From Hormiphora californensis (lineage: Eukaryota > Animalia > Ctenophora): 64,000 nt of DNA. The position numbers were made by a program, and so were the translations under genes. The notes below the pieces were generated by a model. That model saw only the letters and a list, made by a program, of their open reading frames with translations, was not told where the DNA came from and ran no database searches. Positions 31,464 to 46,184 of this stretch are shown here, in pieces (within the stretch, counting starts at the first letter, position 1; every line of letters starts with the position of its first letter). The stretch is from the NCBI GenBank assembly GCA_020137815.1, contig CM035361.1, forward strand, positions 3,162,001 through 3,226,000. Direction: 5' to 3'.

Positions 31464-34735
<3,272 letters not shown>

Positions 34736-34956
34736 CACGGTTTTTGACACGGTTTTGACACGGTTTTAAAATAATTCTGCACGGGTTTCCCGGTGCGTAA
34801 GAATGTTGGAGCATCAACCTGTCGACATCCAAGGACAGAGGGTGTCAGGTTGGTGCTCCAGATTCTGGGGATATACACAGTAATAAATAATTATTCAGAT
34901 TACTAGGCCGGAGTGTAGTGGAGTTTGTTCTAAGTGGTGTGAGGCAGCTAAGCCGG

Positions 34957-37900
34957 TTAATGTCCTTTAGTAAATTTTTCGCGAGTTGAAATGATGGCGT
35001 GAGTAAAACACGCCACCAGGCCTGCGATCCGCGGGGTGTAGTTATGAAGATTGAGGAAGATGTTCGTGAGTGAGTGATGTGATAAAAGGAAAATTTCCGG
35101 GTCTTTCCTCAAGTTGTCTCGGCTGTCTTCGTAGAGGCTGCAGTGGTCCAGAGCATGTTCCTCAGTCTCTACTTCATAGATGTTCAAGCTCTCGCACCAG
35201 GGGCAGTAGCGATTGTCTCTGGGGATGTTGGTGAACCGGCCGGTTTCTATTTTGAGAGGGTGGGAGCTGCTTTTCAGTTTAGCGATAGAAGATCGGTAGT
35301 TGAAGTTGTTCAGTCCCAGGTACGATCTCAAGGTAGGTTGGTCCAACTTTTCGCAGGTATTGTAAAACGAGATTTTTGAGGAGTTGGTTGTCGCTGCTAC
35401 CCAACTCCCGTTGAAGGTGTCCCTCAGGCATGAAAGGATTATATTTGTCCGAAACTTCTGGGAAATTAGAGGTTTGACGTCGAGAGTGGGGGGTAAATAA
35501 GTGGGGTTTGGCGTGAGGTTAGTTTTTGAAGTGAGTGTTTTGTAGGCCGATACATGATCCTGGTTGTAAATTGGGTCTCTCTCTAGGAGAGGTCGTAGGG
35601 ATTTGTACCACGGCAGGTCTCGTGTCCTTTGTTCAAGATAGGCTTGATGTACGAGGCTGGTTCCACTGGATGGTAGCTTGGCTATCCGTTGGAGGTATTT
35701 AATGGTGATATCCAAAGCCTCTAGAGATAGGGGTCGTGTGCCGGTGTCTCCATAAACTGCGGCGTTTGTAGTCTTCCTGTTGACTCCCATTGTCCACTTG
35801 AGATAAGAGAGATGCAATCTGTTAAGTTTGCTGCTTGAGAGTTTCCTAATTAAAGTAGGGTCATTGGAGCCAATATTCTTGATGGTAGTCTTGGCCTCCG
35901 GCAGCTGGGGTGACCAGATCGGCGCTCCGTAAAGTGCAATCGGTTTGATGAGGGCGTTGAAAAGGCTAAGTGTTGATTTGAAGGAAAGCTGCTCCTTCAT
36001 AATGGTGCCACGCAAGCCGTACATGGCCCGGGTTGCCTTTGTGGTGAGGTCACTTGAGGCGGCTTTACTGAAGTCTCCAGTCGATGAAATATTCAGTCCA
36101 AGGTAGCAGTAGTTTTCCACTTGATGAATAGCTTCATGACCTAGCTTCAGAGAGAATTGCAGATTGTGACGGTTGTTGAAGGTCATGAGTTTAGTTTTGA
36201 GGCTATTGACTTCGAGTCCCCACTTTTGGCAGTAATTGTGGAGTTTATTGACTTGTTCTTGGGCGTCTTGAATGTTCAAAGAGAGTAGGATCAGGTCATC
36301 CGCCCATAATAGGTGGGTTACTGGAATCTTTCCCAGGTGGGGTGGGTTTTTGTGGTCTTTGGTGTTTAAGGTGTCAGAGAGCTCCAAGAGAAAGAGTTTA
36401 AATAGTTCAGGACTGAGCGGGTGGCCCTGCTCAGTCCCTTTAAGTATCCTGAATCTATGACTAAGGTGACCCGACAGTTTTATTTGGGCTGTTGAGTTGG
36501 AGTACATATTCCGGAGAACATTGAAGAAGTTTCCACATATACCGAGTTTCGATAGTTTTAGGAAAAGCGCCTGACGTGGAACACTGTCGAACGCTTTTTT
36601 GTAGTCGACGAAAGTGGCAAAGAGAGGGGTCTTGCTCTTGCGATATTTTTGAACAAGGGTCATGAGGGAAACGACGTGATCACACGTTTGTGCTCCCTTT
36701 TTGAAACCTAGTTGGTTGATGGGATCAGGACACTTTACTTCTCTGAACTGGACTAACCTGTCTAGCATGACCGTGCTGAATATCTTTCCTATAGCACTAC
36801 CTACCGACACAGCTCTATAATTGTCGGGGTCTCCACGTGGACCTTTTTTGTGTAAGGGTGTGATGATGCTATTCGTCCAGGGATAAGTTCCAGTCCTGAA
36901 ACAGTTGTTGAGTATTTCGGTAAGTATGTCGACGTGTCGTTCATCAAGGATCTTCAGAATGTCATTGGAGAACATGTCATCTCCAGCAGCTTTTCCACAC
37001 TTGAGGCTACGAATGCAACCTGATATTTCTTGTATGGAGATATCAGTGTTAAGAGCAAGGGCAGCTTCATCTTGGTTTCTGGAGTTGTGTTGGTTGATTT
37101 CATCGGCTTCTTGGAGCATAGTGTTTTTCTCCTCAACTGTTAAAGATGCATGGGTATCGGAGTATAGATTTGTGAAGAAGGATTCAAAGTTCTCCATATC
37201 TACTGTATTAAACTGCTCACTGTGGGTCTTAAGTTTCTTTACCTTGTGAAACCCTTGCCAGTTAAGAATTTTTCCAACCTCGATGTCTTTGTTGAGTTTC
37301 GATGTGTATCGAGTCTTTGAATTTCTGATGAGTTTTTTGTACCTGCCTTTGATGCGGTAGTAAAGTTCCTTAAGCTTGCTTTTATCTGGGAATGAGTCCG
37401 TAAGAGAAGTTGCTTTTCCTAGTAGTTTCCTCGCCTCCTTGATGTTCCGATTGTGCCACGGTTGAGTAGAGTGGGCTTTTTTAGATCCTGGGTTTGATAC
37501 CTTGAATGAAGTGTTGCAGAGTCTGCGGAGGTGGTTTACCATCTCCGTGTATGCTAGAACAGGATCAGAGGGGTCCGCTAGTTTGTTGGTGATATCTGTG
37601 AGTGCAGTATCAGACTCTTTCTGAAGATTTCGGAAAAGAGATTTTCCCGTGGTTGTAATAATAAACCTACTGGGGGCCTTATTGTAAGAGCGTTCCATGC
37701 TTCCTATAGAGTTGGCTTGAAACGAACATCTTAAAAGGGTAGTAAGAGGACGATGGTCCGAGGTGGGGAGGAGGCTGCCTACTTTCATGTGCTCAACGGA
37801 TTGGAAGAGCTCACGCGACGTAGCAACATAGTCAACTACGGAGCAGCCCTGTCTCTGAATACTAGTAAAGGCTCCTGTTAGGTCACCCAAAGTTCGGCCG

Positions 37901-38571
37901 TTCAGGATGACTAATTGGTTATCGGTGATTAAATCCGTGAAGTACTTTCCTTGCTTGTTTGTATCGCTATCTTGTGAGGTCCGGGGTAGAATTGTGTCAG
38001 CTTCATACTGGGGTGAAACAGGCACATGAGTGTTTTCGAACTCCGTCACTTGGCAGAGTGCCGCTCCAATTCTGGCGTTGAAATCACCGCAAAGAAGGAT
38101 TTCAACATTAGCTGGAAGCTTACATATAGTATCGTAGCAGTCCTGAATGGTGTTGACCCCAGTACTGATGGAGTCACCGGAGTTCTCAGGCCGGGCGTAG
38201 ACGTTGATGATGTAGATATCTCGTTTCACGTTGAAGAAGGTATGATCGAGCTGGGCTACCAGGATGTCCGGGTTGCTGGTTTTGATGATGGATAGACCCG
38301 GTGATAAGTTGTTTTTAATTAGTATAGCGACTCCTCCGGAGTTAGTGTTGTGCCTGAGGCTAAAGTAGCCTCTGAAGTTAGTAACCGGTACCTGCTTCCA
38401 GACCTCCTGTAGGCAAACTATGTCATGTGAGCTAAGAAGCCTTTCTGTGTCTTTATCTGCAAGCTTGGTTGTGCCGTTTGAGGTTATCGAGGCTATATTC
38501 CAGGATAGAATTCTCAGAGAGTTACTTACATACCGATTTGACTTCATTATAAAATAATTGATTTTGCACAA
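34957..38571 (-). CDS. LINE ORF2: AP endonuclease + reverse transcriptase + C-terminal Cys/His motif
   Basis: SWNI, LQE, GDFNA, VDY and SDHRP (APE); FVDYKKAFD, GTEQGHPLSP and LLWADD (RT); SHPLKIETGR..CPWC..EEH..HC. Confidence 0.95.
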   Translation of the reverse strand: MCKINYFIMKSNRYVSNSLRILSWNIASITSNGTTKLADKDTERLLSSHDIVCLQEVWKQVPVTNFRGYFSLRHNTNSGGVAILIKNNLSPGLSIIKTSNPDILVAQLDHTFFNVKRDIYIINVYARPENSGDSISTGVNTIQDCYDTICKLPANVEILLCGDFNARIGAALCQVTEFENTHVPVSPQYEADTILPRTSQDSDTNKQGKYFTDLITDNQLVILNGRTLGDLTGAFTSIQRQGCSVVDYVATSRELFQSVEHMKVGSLLPTSDHRPLTTLLRCSFQANSIGSMERSYNKAPSRFIITTTGKSLFRNLQKESDTALTDITNKLADPSDPVLAYTEMVNHLRRLCNTSFKVSNPGSKKAHSTQPWHNRNIKEARKLLGKATSLTDSFPDKSKLKELYYRIKGRYKKLIRNSKTRYTSKLNKDIEVGKILNWQGFHKVKKLKTHSEQFNTVDMENFESFFTNLYSDTHASLTVEEKNTMLQEADEINQHNSRNQDEAALALNTDISIQEISGCIRSLKCGKAAGDDMFSNDILKILDERHVDILTEILNNCFRTGTYPWTNSIITPLHKKGPRGDPDNYRAVSVGSAIGKIFSTVMLDRLVQFREVKCPDPINQLGFKKGAQTCDHVVSLMTLVQKYRKSKTPLFATFVDYKKAFDSVPRQALFLKLSKLGICGNFFNVLRNMYSNSTAQIKLSGHLSHRFRILKGTEQGHPLSPELFKLFLLELSDTLNTKDHKNPPHLGKIPVTHLLWADDLILLSLNIQDAQEQVNKLHNYCQKWGLEVNSLKTKLMTFNNRHNLQFSLKLGHEAIHQVENYCYLGLNISSTGDFSKAASSDLTTKATRAMYGLRGTIMKEQLSFKSTLSLFNALIKPIALYGAPIWSPQLPEAKTTIKNIGSNDPTLIRKLSSSKLNRLHLSYLKWTMGVNRKTTNAAVYGDTGTRPLSLEALDITIKYLQRIAKLPSSGTSLVHQAYLEQRTRDLPWYKSLRPLLERDPIYNQDHVSAYKTLTSKTNLTPNPTYLPPTLDVKPLISQKFRTNIILSCLRDTFNGSWVAATTNSSKISFYNTCEKLDQPTLRSYLGLNNFNYRSSIAKLKSSSHPLKIETGRFTNIPRDNRYCPWCESLNIYEVETEEHALDHCSLYEDSRDNLRKDPEIFLLSHHSLTNIFLNLHNYTPRIAGLVACFTHAIISTREKFTKGH

Positions 38572-38592
38572 GGGTCTAAGGGGACGGGGAGA

Positions 38593-39501
38593 TTAGCAGT
38601 CCGTCAGGGCAGGTGTGGTGGTTAAGTGTTTAGTTAGAAAGTGAATTTTGAATCTCATGTTATTCAGGAGCAGATCTTTGCCTCTGTCACTGGGGTGAAG
38701 ACCATCGCTTGCAAGGAGGTGGGCCTTGAAGTTCTTGTGGTTCTCATAACAAAAGTTATTCTCTTGACAAAAGCTCCTCATTTTGACTCGAAATTGGATG
38801 AGCCTCGTATTCGAGGAGCTGTGATTGGTGAGAATTGGCAGGGAAACGGTTATGCTGACATTGGGCAGTTCCTGTTCGAGTTTTTGCAGGAATTCGGTGG
38901 CTTTCACCCATACTTCATCAGATGCAAACTCCTCATCCTGCAAGAAGTAATGATCATTTACCCCAAGGTGGATATAGATGAAGTGTGGTTGTATAGTTAT
39001 TAGTTCGTCTAGTGTCTCACGAGACTTGTGGTTCAGTGTTTCCCATGACCTTCTATGAATGACGTTTAGAGAGTGCCCGGTCCCCAGGGCATCATCGCTG
39101 GTTACGTGTCTCAATATGCTGTCCGTTACTAGAACAGTTTTTAAGTTACGGGGTCTTTCTGAGAAGGTTGGGAGTTTCCCTTTGATGGTGATTTGGGATC
39201 TGCTGGGTTCTGTGGTTCTTCTTGGCTCCGTTGTTCGTCTATCTGGCCATGATGGCGCTTTAGCCGGTGGTAGTTGTGGTGGTGGCACCGACTCTATCCT
39301 TGAGACCTTTTCATGTAGTTCCTTGATAAGTCTGCTGTCCTCTTGAAAGAAAGCGCTATTGTAGTACTTGCAGAGGTCGTTTTTAGTTTCTTCAAGGTAC
39401 TTTTGAGCCTCATCAGCTTGCTCAGTCATGGATACCACTTTCTTCTCCACTGCAAGACACATTTTCTCAAGCTTGTCACCTAAACTATCCGCTTCAAACA
39501 T
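38593..39501 (-). CDS. LINE ORF1: coiled coil + SGNH/GDSL esterase-like domain
   Basis: Blocks VTDSILR, HLGVND and DGLHP; esterase ORF1s are known in the RTE-X, CR1 and L2 clades. Confidence 0.85.
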   Translation of the reverse strand: MFEADSLGDKLEKMCLAVEKKVVSMTEQADEAQKYLEETKNDLCKYYNSAFFQEDSRLIKELHEKVSRIESVPPPQLPPAKAPSWPDRRTTEPRRTTEPSRSQITIKGKLPTFSERPRNLKTVLVTDSILRHVTSDDALGTGHSLNVIHRRSWETLNHKSRETLDELITIQPHFIYIHLGVNDHYFLQDEEFASDEVWVKATEFLQKLEQELPNVSITVSLPILTNHSSSNTRLIQFRVKMRSFCQENNFCYENHKNFKAHLLASDGLHPSDRGKDLLLNNMRFKIHFLTKHLTTTPALTDC

Positions 39502-39508
39502 GGTGGTT

Positions 39509-39558
<50 letters not shown>

Positions 39559-40169
39559 TGTCTAGGATCTAGCAACACAGTACAAGTGTTTTGATCTTTA
39601 TTTGTTTAATTCTCGTTTAATTCTCGTTTATCATCCCTCTAGGATAGGATCACATCCCACCCCGGATCAGATCTCACATACTAGCCACGCAGGCACTGTG
39701 TGTGATGTGATCCTCCGCATGTGGCCACAGGGAGAGAGATAATTCAGAGAGATAGACAGAGAAAAATAGATAGTGGGAGAAAGATAGAGAGATAGAAAGA
39801 GATAGAGAGGAAGATAGTCTCATTTGGTTAATGAGATAATTGGATAATTAGATCTGCCCATAGCCGTTTTTCGCCATATACTAGCTTGTCACAAATTTTA
39901 TCCAGTCAGTACACGGCTTGAACTATCAATCCTGTTTAACTTCAAGGTCGCCAGATCTATACTAGCTGTATTTAACCACAGTTAAAGCCAGAGGGGGGGG
40001 GGGGGGGGGGGGTCGACGGGTCTAAAAAGTAACTTGGTCCAGCTCTTCGAGTCGGACCAGATGGAATAGTTGGAATCGTTTTAGCGTGCACCATTAAAGA
40101 GAAGTTTGAGGTTAACTTTTGCCCGTTAAATCGAAGTTAACCTCAATAAATCACAGGAGGGATGACTTG

Positions 40170-41050
40170 AGACAGTTTTTATAGCGTTCTGAAGGTGAAT
40201 AGGAGGGAGAGATACATACCAAATACTGTGCAAAACCCCACCCTTTTCTCTTTAACTGCTCATCGGAGGTAATGGGGGAGACAGTTTTTTATAGCGTTCT
40301 GAAGGTGAATAGGAGGGAGAGATACATACCAAATACTGTGCAAAGCCCCTCCCTGTTCTCTCTAACCGTCCATTACCTCCGATGGGCGTTTAGAGAGAAC
40401 AGGGTGCACCCTGTTCTCTCTATAAGGATAGACAGAAAAAATAACACTGCAATTCTTCGTAGCGTTCTGAAGGTGAATAGGAGGGAGAGATACATACCAA
40501 ATACTGTGCAAAACCCCACCCTTTCTCTCTAACCGCCCATCGGAGGTAATGGGGGGAGACAGTTTTTTATAGCGTTCTGAAGGTGAATAGGAGGGAGAGA
40601 TACATACCAAATATAGTACAAATCCTCACCCTGTTCTCTCTAACCGTCCATTACCTCCGATGGGCGTTTAGAGAGAACAGGGTGCACCCTGTTCTCTCTA
40701 TAAGGATAGACAGAAAAAAATAACACTGCAATTCTTCGTAGCGTTCTGAAGGTGAATAGGAGGGAGAGATACATACCAAATATAGCAAAACCCCTCCCTT
40801 TTCTCTCTAACTGCCCATCGGAGGTAATGGGAGAGACAGTTTTTTATAGCGTTCTGAAGGTGAATAGGAGGGAGAGATACATACCAAATACTGTGCAAAG
40901 CCCCTCCCATTTCTCTCTAACCGCCCATTACCTCCGATGGGCGGTTAGAGAGAACAGGGCGGGGTTTTGCACACTATTTGGTATGTATCTCTCTCTCTCC
41001 TATTCACCTTCGCATAACGCTACGAATCATTGCAGTGTTATTTTCTCTGT
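40170..41050. repeat. Tandem/inverted array of the hairpin element (~115-165-bp units) upstream of cassette 2
   Basis: Six copies of agcgttctgaaggtgaataggagggagagatacataccaaata; terminal unit inverted. Confidence 0.85.
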
Positions 41051-41581
41051 CCATCCTTTTCTTTCTATAACTGCCCTTTACTCTGGTGCAGTTGATGCTG
41101 CAGTTGAAGTCGCTGAGACTGCTAGAAATAATTAATTCACCTGAAAGGAGTCGTCTGATGATATACTGATTCCTTTTGGCTTCTCTTCAGATTTAATCTA
41201 ATCTACTAACCCTCTATAACCCTATTTTTATTTTTCAACCCTCTAACTAAATAGTTTCGGGAGTCGTCCCCTGCATACTAGTAGGCCGGCTGGCTGAGTT
41301 TGACAGACTCTCAAAACCTTTTAGACTCCCAATCATCATGAAATTTCCCGAAGTCATAAAGATCTGAAACCACAGATCTGAGGAAACCTAGTAGACGGTT
41401 GTAATTGATCTGAACCCGAACGAAGCTTGTGCTGTGATGTCATTTTATGAAACAAAATGAAGGTGTGAGCCACACAAATTGATCCTTCTTTTATTCCGTT
41501 TTCTGCATTTCTCTACCTTCCTTTTTTCCATTTCCCAAAGCTAAAAATAGAGACCGTTTCGCCTCCTGGCTCCTCCTATTA

Positions 41582-42408
41582 CAGTCGGACCCCGATTTAT
41601 CGGGGTAGAGCATATTTGACCCATAAATCCTACTTTTGTCCAAAATTCTATACCAAGACACCTCTATCTGTCTGTATAGTATACATTTATTGATGACAAT
41701 AATATGATCATTGCTTCTGTCATTACCCTACTAAAATATAGTTCGACGCGACGCGACGCGCGATCGATGAACGATCGATGAACGATCGATAAACGATCAA
41801 TATCGATCGTTTATCGATCGTTCATCGATCGCGCGTCGCGTCGAACTATATTTTAGTAGGGTAGAAATAGAACATTTAAAAAATTCAAATAAAAATGTTA
41901 AAACTTTTTCTAAGGTAAACTACCCCGACCGAGTCCGAATCGTGTTTCGAATCGGTGCATCTTATCGCATGTCCTGCCGCTAATTAGACGGTTTGAAACG
42001 AACCGATGCGTGATACCATGCCGAATCTGGGTACCTTAAGCGGCGTGAGGAAGTATCAAAGTTTAAAAATAACTTTTTCTCTGAAAATTTACGGGGAGCA
42101 TCGATCAAAGCATTGACAATGATTCTGTAAAACTTTGCAAAAAAAGTTATGAAATTTTTCTAAGGTATACCATCCACGTTCGAATCGTGTTTCGAATCGG
42201 TGCATCTTATCACGTGTCCTGCCGCTAATTAGACGGTTCGAAACGAACCGATACGTGATCCCCATTAGACGTAGCGAATTGCAAATTTACGCAAGTTTAC
42301 CAACCGGCCAAACTTCGAAAATTTTCCAAAAAAAAATCGGGGGAAAGAAATCCTCCCGGTAAATCGGGGTTCTGGTAAATCGGGGCGCGGTAAATCGGGG
42401 TCCGACTG
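41582..42408. mobile_element. CAGTCGGACCCCGATTT-family MITE containing a nested 136-bp palindromic MITE (41726-41861, TA TSD)
   Basis: Nested ta|ccctactaaaatatagttcgacg...cgtcgaactatattttagtaggg|ta; empty site seen at ~42885 (cattagaaat). Confidence 0.85.
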
Positions 42409-42554
42409 TATATTATCTGTGTCTATTGCAACTCGCTGCCCCCATCTTTCCATTTGTTAGAGCCTATTTAAGTAAAACTAATTTGAAATTAAAACTTAAC
42501 AATACAATAATTGTTAGTGTTGAACAGTACAGTCAAAGACTTGGAACTAGCAAG

Positions 42555-43405
42555 ATGTTTCGTCTTGTGATTCCACTAATCATCGCGGCTTTCTTCTGGA
42601 GATCTTCACTATGCTCAGGTTAGTGAGAATATGCAAGTTTTGCATGGATTTTTGTGCGTGTCAGACTGACACTGTCAGTGGCTACTGGTTACTGGTATAC
42701 AGTCGGACCCCGATTTACCGGGATCCTCGGGGGAAGCCATTTTGCCCGGTAAATCGGGGTGCCCGGTATATCGGGGTAGAGCATATTTGACCCATAAATT
42801 CTACTTTTGTGCAAAATTCTATACCAAGACACCTCTAACTGTATAGTATACATTTATTGATGACAATATGATCATTGCTTCTTTCATTAGAAATATAAAA
42901 TTTAAAAAATTCAAAAAAAAATTGTAAAAACTTTTTCTAAGGTAAACCAGGCCACCCCGACTATGGTGGTATAAATCGGCCAAATGAAAAAATAAGGAAT
43001 ACCAGAAATAAAAATAAAATTTAGTTTAATTTAAGAAATAAAAATACTAAAAAGTAAAGTAAAAAAGTAAAAAGTAAAAAGTAAAAAGTTAGAAAAAATA
43101 AAAATAAAAACAAAAATAAAAACAAACAAAAATAAAAATAAAACAAAAAATAAAATTAAAAATCAAAAATAGAAAAAACTTTTTTTAGAAAAACTTTTTT
43201 TTGAGTTGAACTTTTCCTTCCTGAGTTGAACTTTTTTATTTGGGTCCCGGTCGTGGTATAAATCGGCCAAACGGCCAAAATTAGGAGGACCGTTCTGTAA
43301 CATTTTGATCTCCGAAGTTAAACAACCGCTGGTCGGGTTAGTACTTGGATGGGTGACCAAACAACATATCTCTCTCTCTCTCTCTCTCACTCTCACTCTC
43401 ACTCT

Positions 43406-43446
<41 letters not shown>

Positions 43447-43460
43447 TCACACACACACTC

Positions 43461-43533
<73 letters not shown>

Positions 43534-43552
43534 CCAATCATTGGCTGCCAAT

Positions 43553-43583
<31 letters not shown>

Positions 43584-43613
43584 TGAGAGTGAGAGTGAGA
43601 GTCTAGTGAGAGA

Positions 43614-43707
<94 letters not shown>

Positions 43708-45443
43708 TGTTGTTTGGTCACCCATCCAAGTACTAACCCGACTAGCGGTTGTTTAACTTCGGAGATCAAAATGTTACAGAACGGTCCTCCTAATTTTGGC
43801 CGTTTGGCCGATTTATACCACGACCGGGACCCAAATAAAAAAGTTCAACTCAAGAAGAAAAAAGTTCAACTCGAAAAAAAGTTTTTCTAAAAAAAGTTTT
43901 TTCTATTTTTGATTTATGATTTTATTTTTTGTTGTATTTTTATTTTTTTGTTTTTATTTTTGTTTTTATTTTTGTTTTTTCTAACTTTTTACTTTTTAGT
44001 TTTTTACTTAACTTTTACTTTTACTTTTTAATATTTTTATTTCTTAAATTAAACTAAATTTTGTTTTTATTTCTGTTATTCCGTATATTTTCATTTGGCC
44101 GATTTATACCACCATACCCCGACCGAGTCCGAATCGTGTTTCGAATCGGTGCATCTTATCGCATGTCCATTGTCCTGCCGCTAATTAGACGGTTCGAAAC
44201 GAACCGATACGTGATACCATGCCGAATCTGGGCACCCTTTAAGCGGGGTGAGGAAGAATCAAATTTCAAAATAACTTTTTCTCTGAAAATTTACGGGGAG
44301 CATCGATCAAAGCATTGAAAGTGATTCTGTAAAATTTTGCAAAAAAAAGTTATGAAATTTTTCTAAGGTATACCAGCCACGTTCGAAGGTATACCAGCCA
44401 CGTTCTAAGGTATACCAGCCACGTTCGAATCGTGTTTCGAATCGGTGCATCTTATCACGTGCCCTGCCGCTAATTAGACGGTTCGAAACGAACCGATACG
44501 TGATCCCCATTGGACCTAGCGAATTGCAAATGCAAGTTTACCAACCGGCCAAACTTCGAAAATTTTCCAAAAAAAATCGGGGAAAGAAATCCTCCCGGTA
44601 AATCGGGGTTCCGGTAAATCGGGGCCCGGTAAATCGGGGTCCGACTGTAATACTGTAGAAAAATAAACAATTATTATTTTTTAATTCTTACTCAGATCTC
44701 ATTCAGACTAGTTATTTTTCACTTTTTAGATGACAATTGGAAGGAGCTTGAGTTTGATGAAGATATCCCATGGAAGTGGGAGGAGATACCTGTCCAAATC
44801 AAGACAGATTCTGTGGTCGGAAGTGATTATCTAATCAATATCGATATGCGGAGACCAGATTTTGTACCAGGAATTGCAATAGAATTCTCCTCCCCTATCA
44901 AGTTTTGGATGGCATACTGCAATTCGGAGGGAGGTTGGCCCCCAGTCTACACTGATCTACCAGTGCAGCCTCCTGCTGAGGTCAATAAGATCTGGACCTT
45001 CACTAAAACAGATTCGGCCCTTATCATCACTTGTAATGATGTAGAGGTTCTCAATTACGAATTTGCAACCAGTAAATTCAGCGATTGTGTTCCAAAATGG
45101 GGAGGAGATACTACCGAGAGCATTTATTTTTATGAAACATGGAACACAGCATCCGACTTCTACAGGGCAGGTATAATTTCCTAAAATTTCTTATTTGGAC
45201 TAATATTGATATAAATAAGCAATTTTCTTAATACGATCACAATATAATATTCTCTTATTTTTCCAGAATATTGTCTTAGCTTTGAGGTAGAAAATTCACA
45301 AGTTGGTCTTTGGGAAACTACTACAATTGGTGAAACAGTTACTATTGAATGTCTGGAAAACCATGTTCTGAATGGAGCAGCAACATTGACCTGTCAGAGT
45401 GATGGAACTTGGTCAAGTGAAGCACCAACGTGCCAGGAAGTTG
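42555..45443 (+). CDS. Cassette 2: leader + variable domain + Sushi
   Basis: Exons 42555-42618, 44730-45170, 45267-45443; phase 1. Confidence 0.85.
43307..43358 (+). promoter_or_regulatory. 5S rRNA-derived internal control region (A box, IE, C box), not a full 5S gene
   Basis: gatctccgaagttaaacaaccgctggtcgggttagtacttggatgggtgacc resembles the eukaryotic 5S core GATCTCGGAAGCTAAGCAG...GGTTAGTACTTGGATGGGAGACC. Confidence 0.8.
43716..43767 (-). promoter_or_regulatory. Inverted second 5S-derived internal control region
   Basis: Reverse complement of 43307-43358 with 1 mismatch. Confidence 0.8.
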
Positions 45444-45892
45444 GTAAGATCATTTAGTGTTTTGGGAAACACTACTCAGCATTGAAATTCTTTTGGAAAA
45501 CACTACTTATCATTGAAATTCTTTAGAGTGTCCCAACAATTTTGTAGGAATTATAAAATTTATGGCCCCCGTTATCTCATGTTCTTTAACGAAGATATTA
45601 AATGAGTGCCATATCACATTCATCACGTGTTCATGCTATAGAAAATAAGTAAATTATATTATCTGTAACGGATACATGTGCGAAGAATATGGTGTATATT
45701 AATTATAAATAAAAATATATTACAGTTGGACCCCGATTTACCGGAACCCCATTTTACCAGATAGGGAGGATAATCTTCCCCCAAATAGTTTTTGTAATGT
45801 ATATCCGTTACAGATTTATAAGCGTATAAAAAGCAACCAAAGTTAGCAGACTGCGTCTTACACGTCGTAGACAATGTATGCGGGCGGCCAAA

Positions 45893-45965
45893 TGTTTTAT
45901 TGTTAAGGAAGGCAGCAGACAGACATCTTGATCCCTGGAGTCTAGCCAGCCACAACATCATGCTA
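45893..45965 (-). pseudogene. Degenerate duplicate of ACOX exon 1 ([22 protein letters not shown])
   Basis: Clear match to 26958-27050; no downstream ACOX exons nearby; donor lost. Confidence 0.75.
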
Positions 45966-46184
45966 GATGGGGGTATAAAATATTATGTATATAAAATATT
46001 ATATATTGGTATACAATATACTAATTTGTCTTAGTTCGCCATCGTACCCAAATGTTGAGATACTTGAACATTTCAATACTAGATTTTCTCAAAAAGAATA
46101 TTGGTTTGTTTCAAAGATGAACAATAAGTTTATTAAAATCTGGTTCACATTACTGGCATAAAAAAAGACGTCAATTAAAGAAAA

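Larger units (their letters stand above)
42962..44116. mobile_element. Foldback element (~400-bp arms plus (CT)n/(AG)n) with 7-8-bp TSD (a)ccccgac, carrying 5S rRNA-derived segments
   Basis: ccccgac|tatggtggtataaatcggcc...ggccgatttataccaccata|ccccgac; empty site at ~41921. Confidence 0.85.
42700..44647. mobile_element. CAGTCGGACCCCGATTT-family MITE in intron 1 of cassette 2, host of a nested foldback element
   Basis: TA-flanked TIRs; colinear with 41582-42408 apart from the insertions. Confidence 0.85.

Noticed and set aside
43307-43767. Functional 5S rRNA genes
   Set aside because: Only ~52 of ~120 nt are present; the 5' and 3' helices are missing and the segments are embedded in transposon arms.
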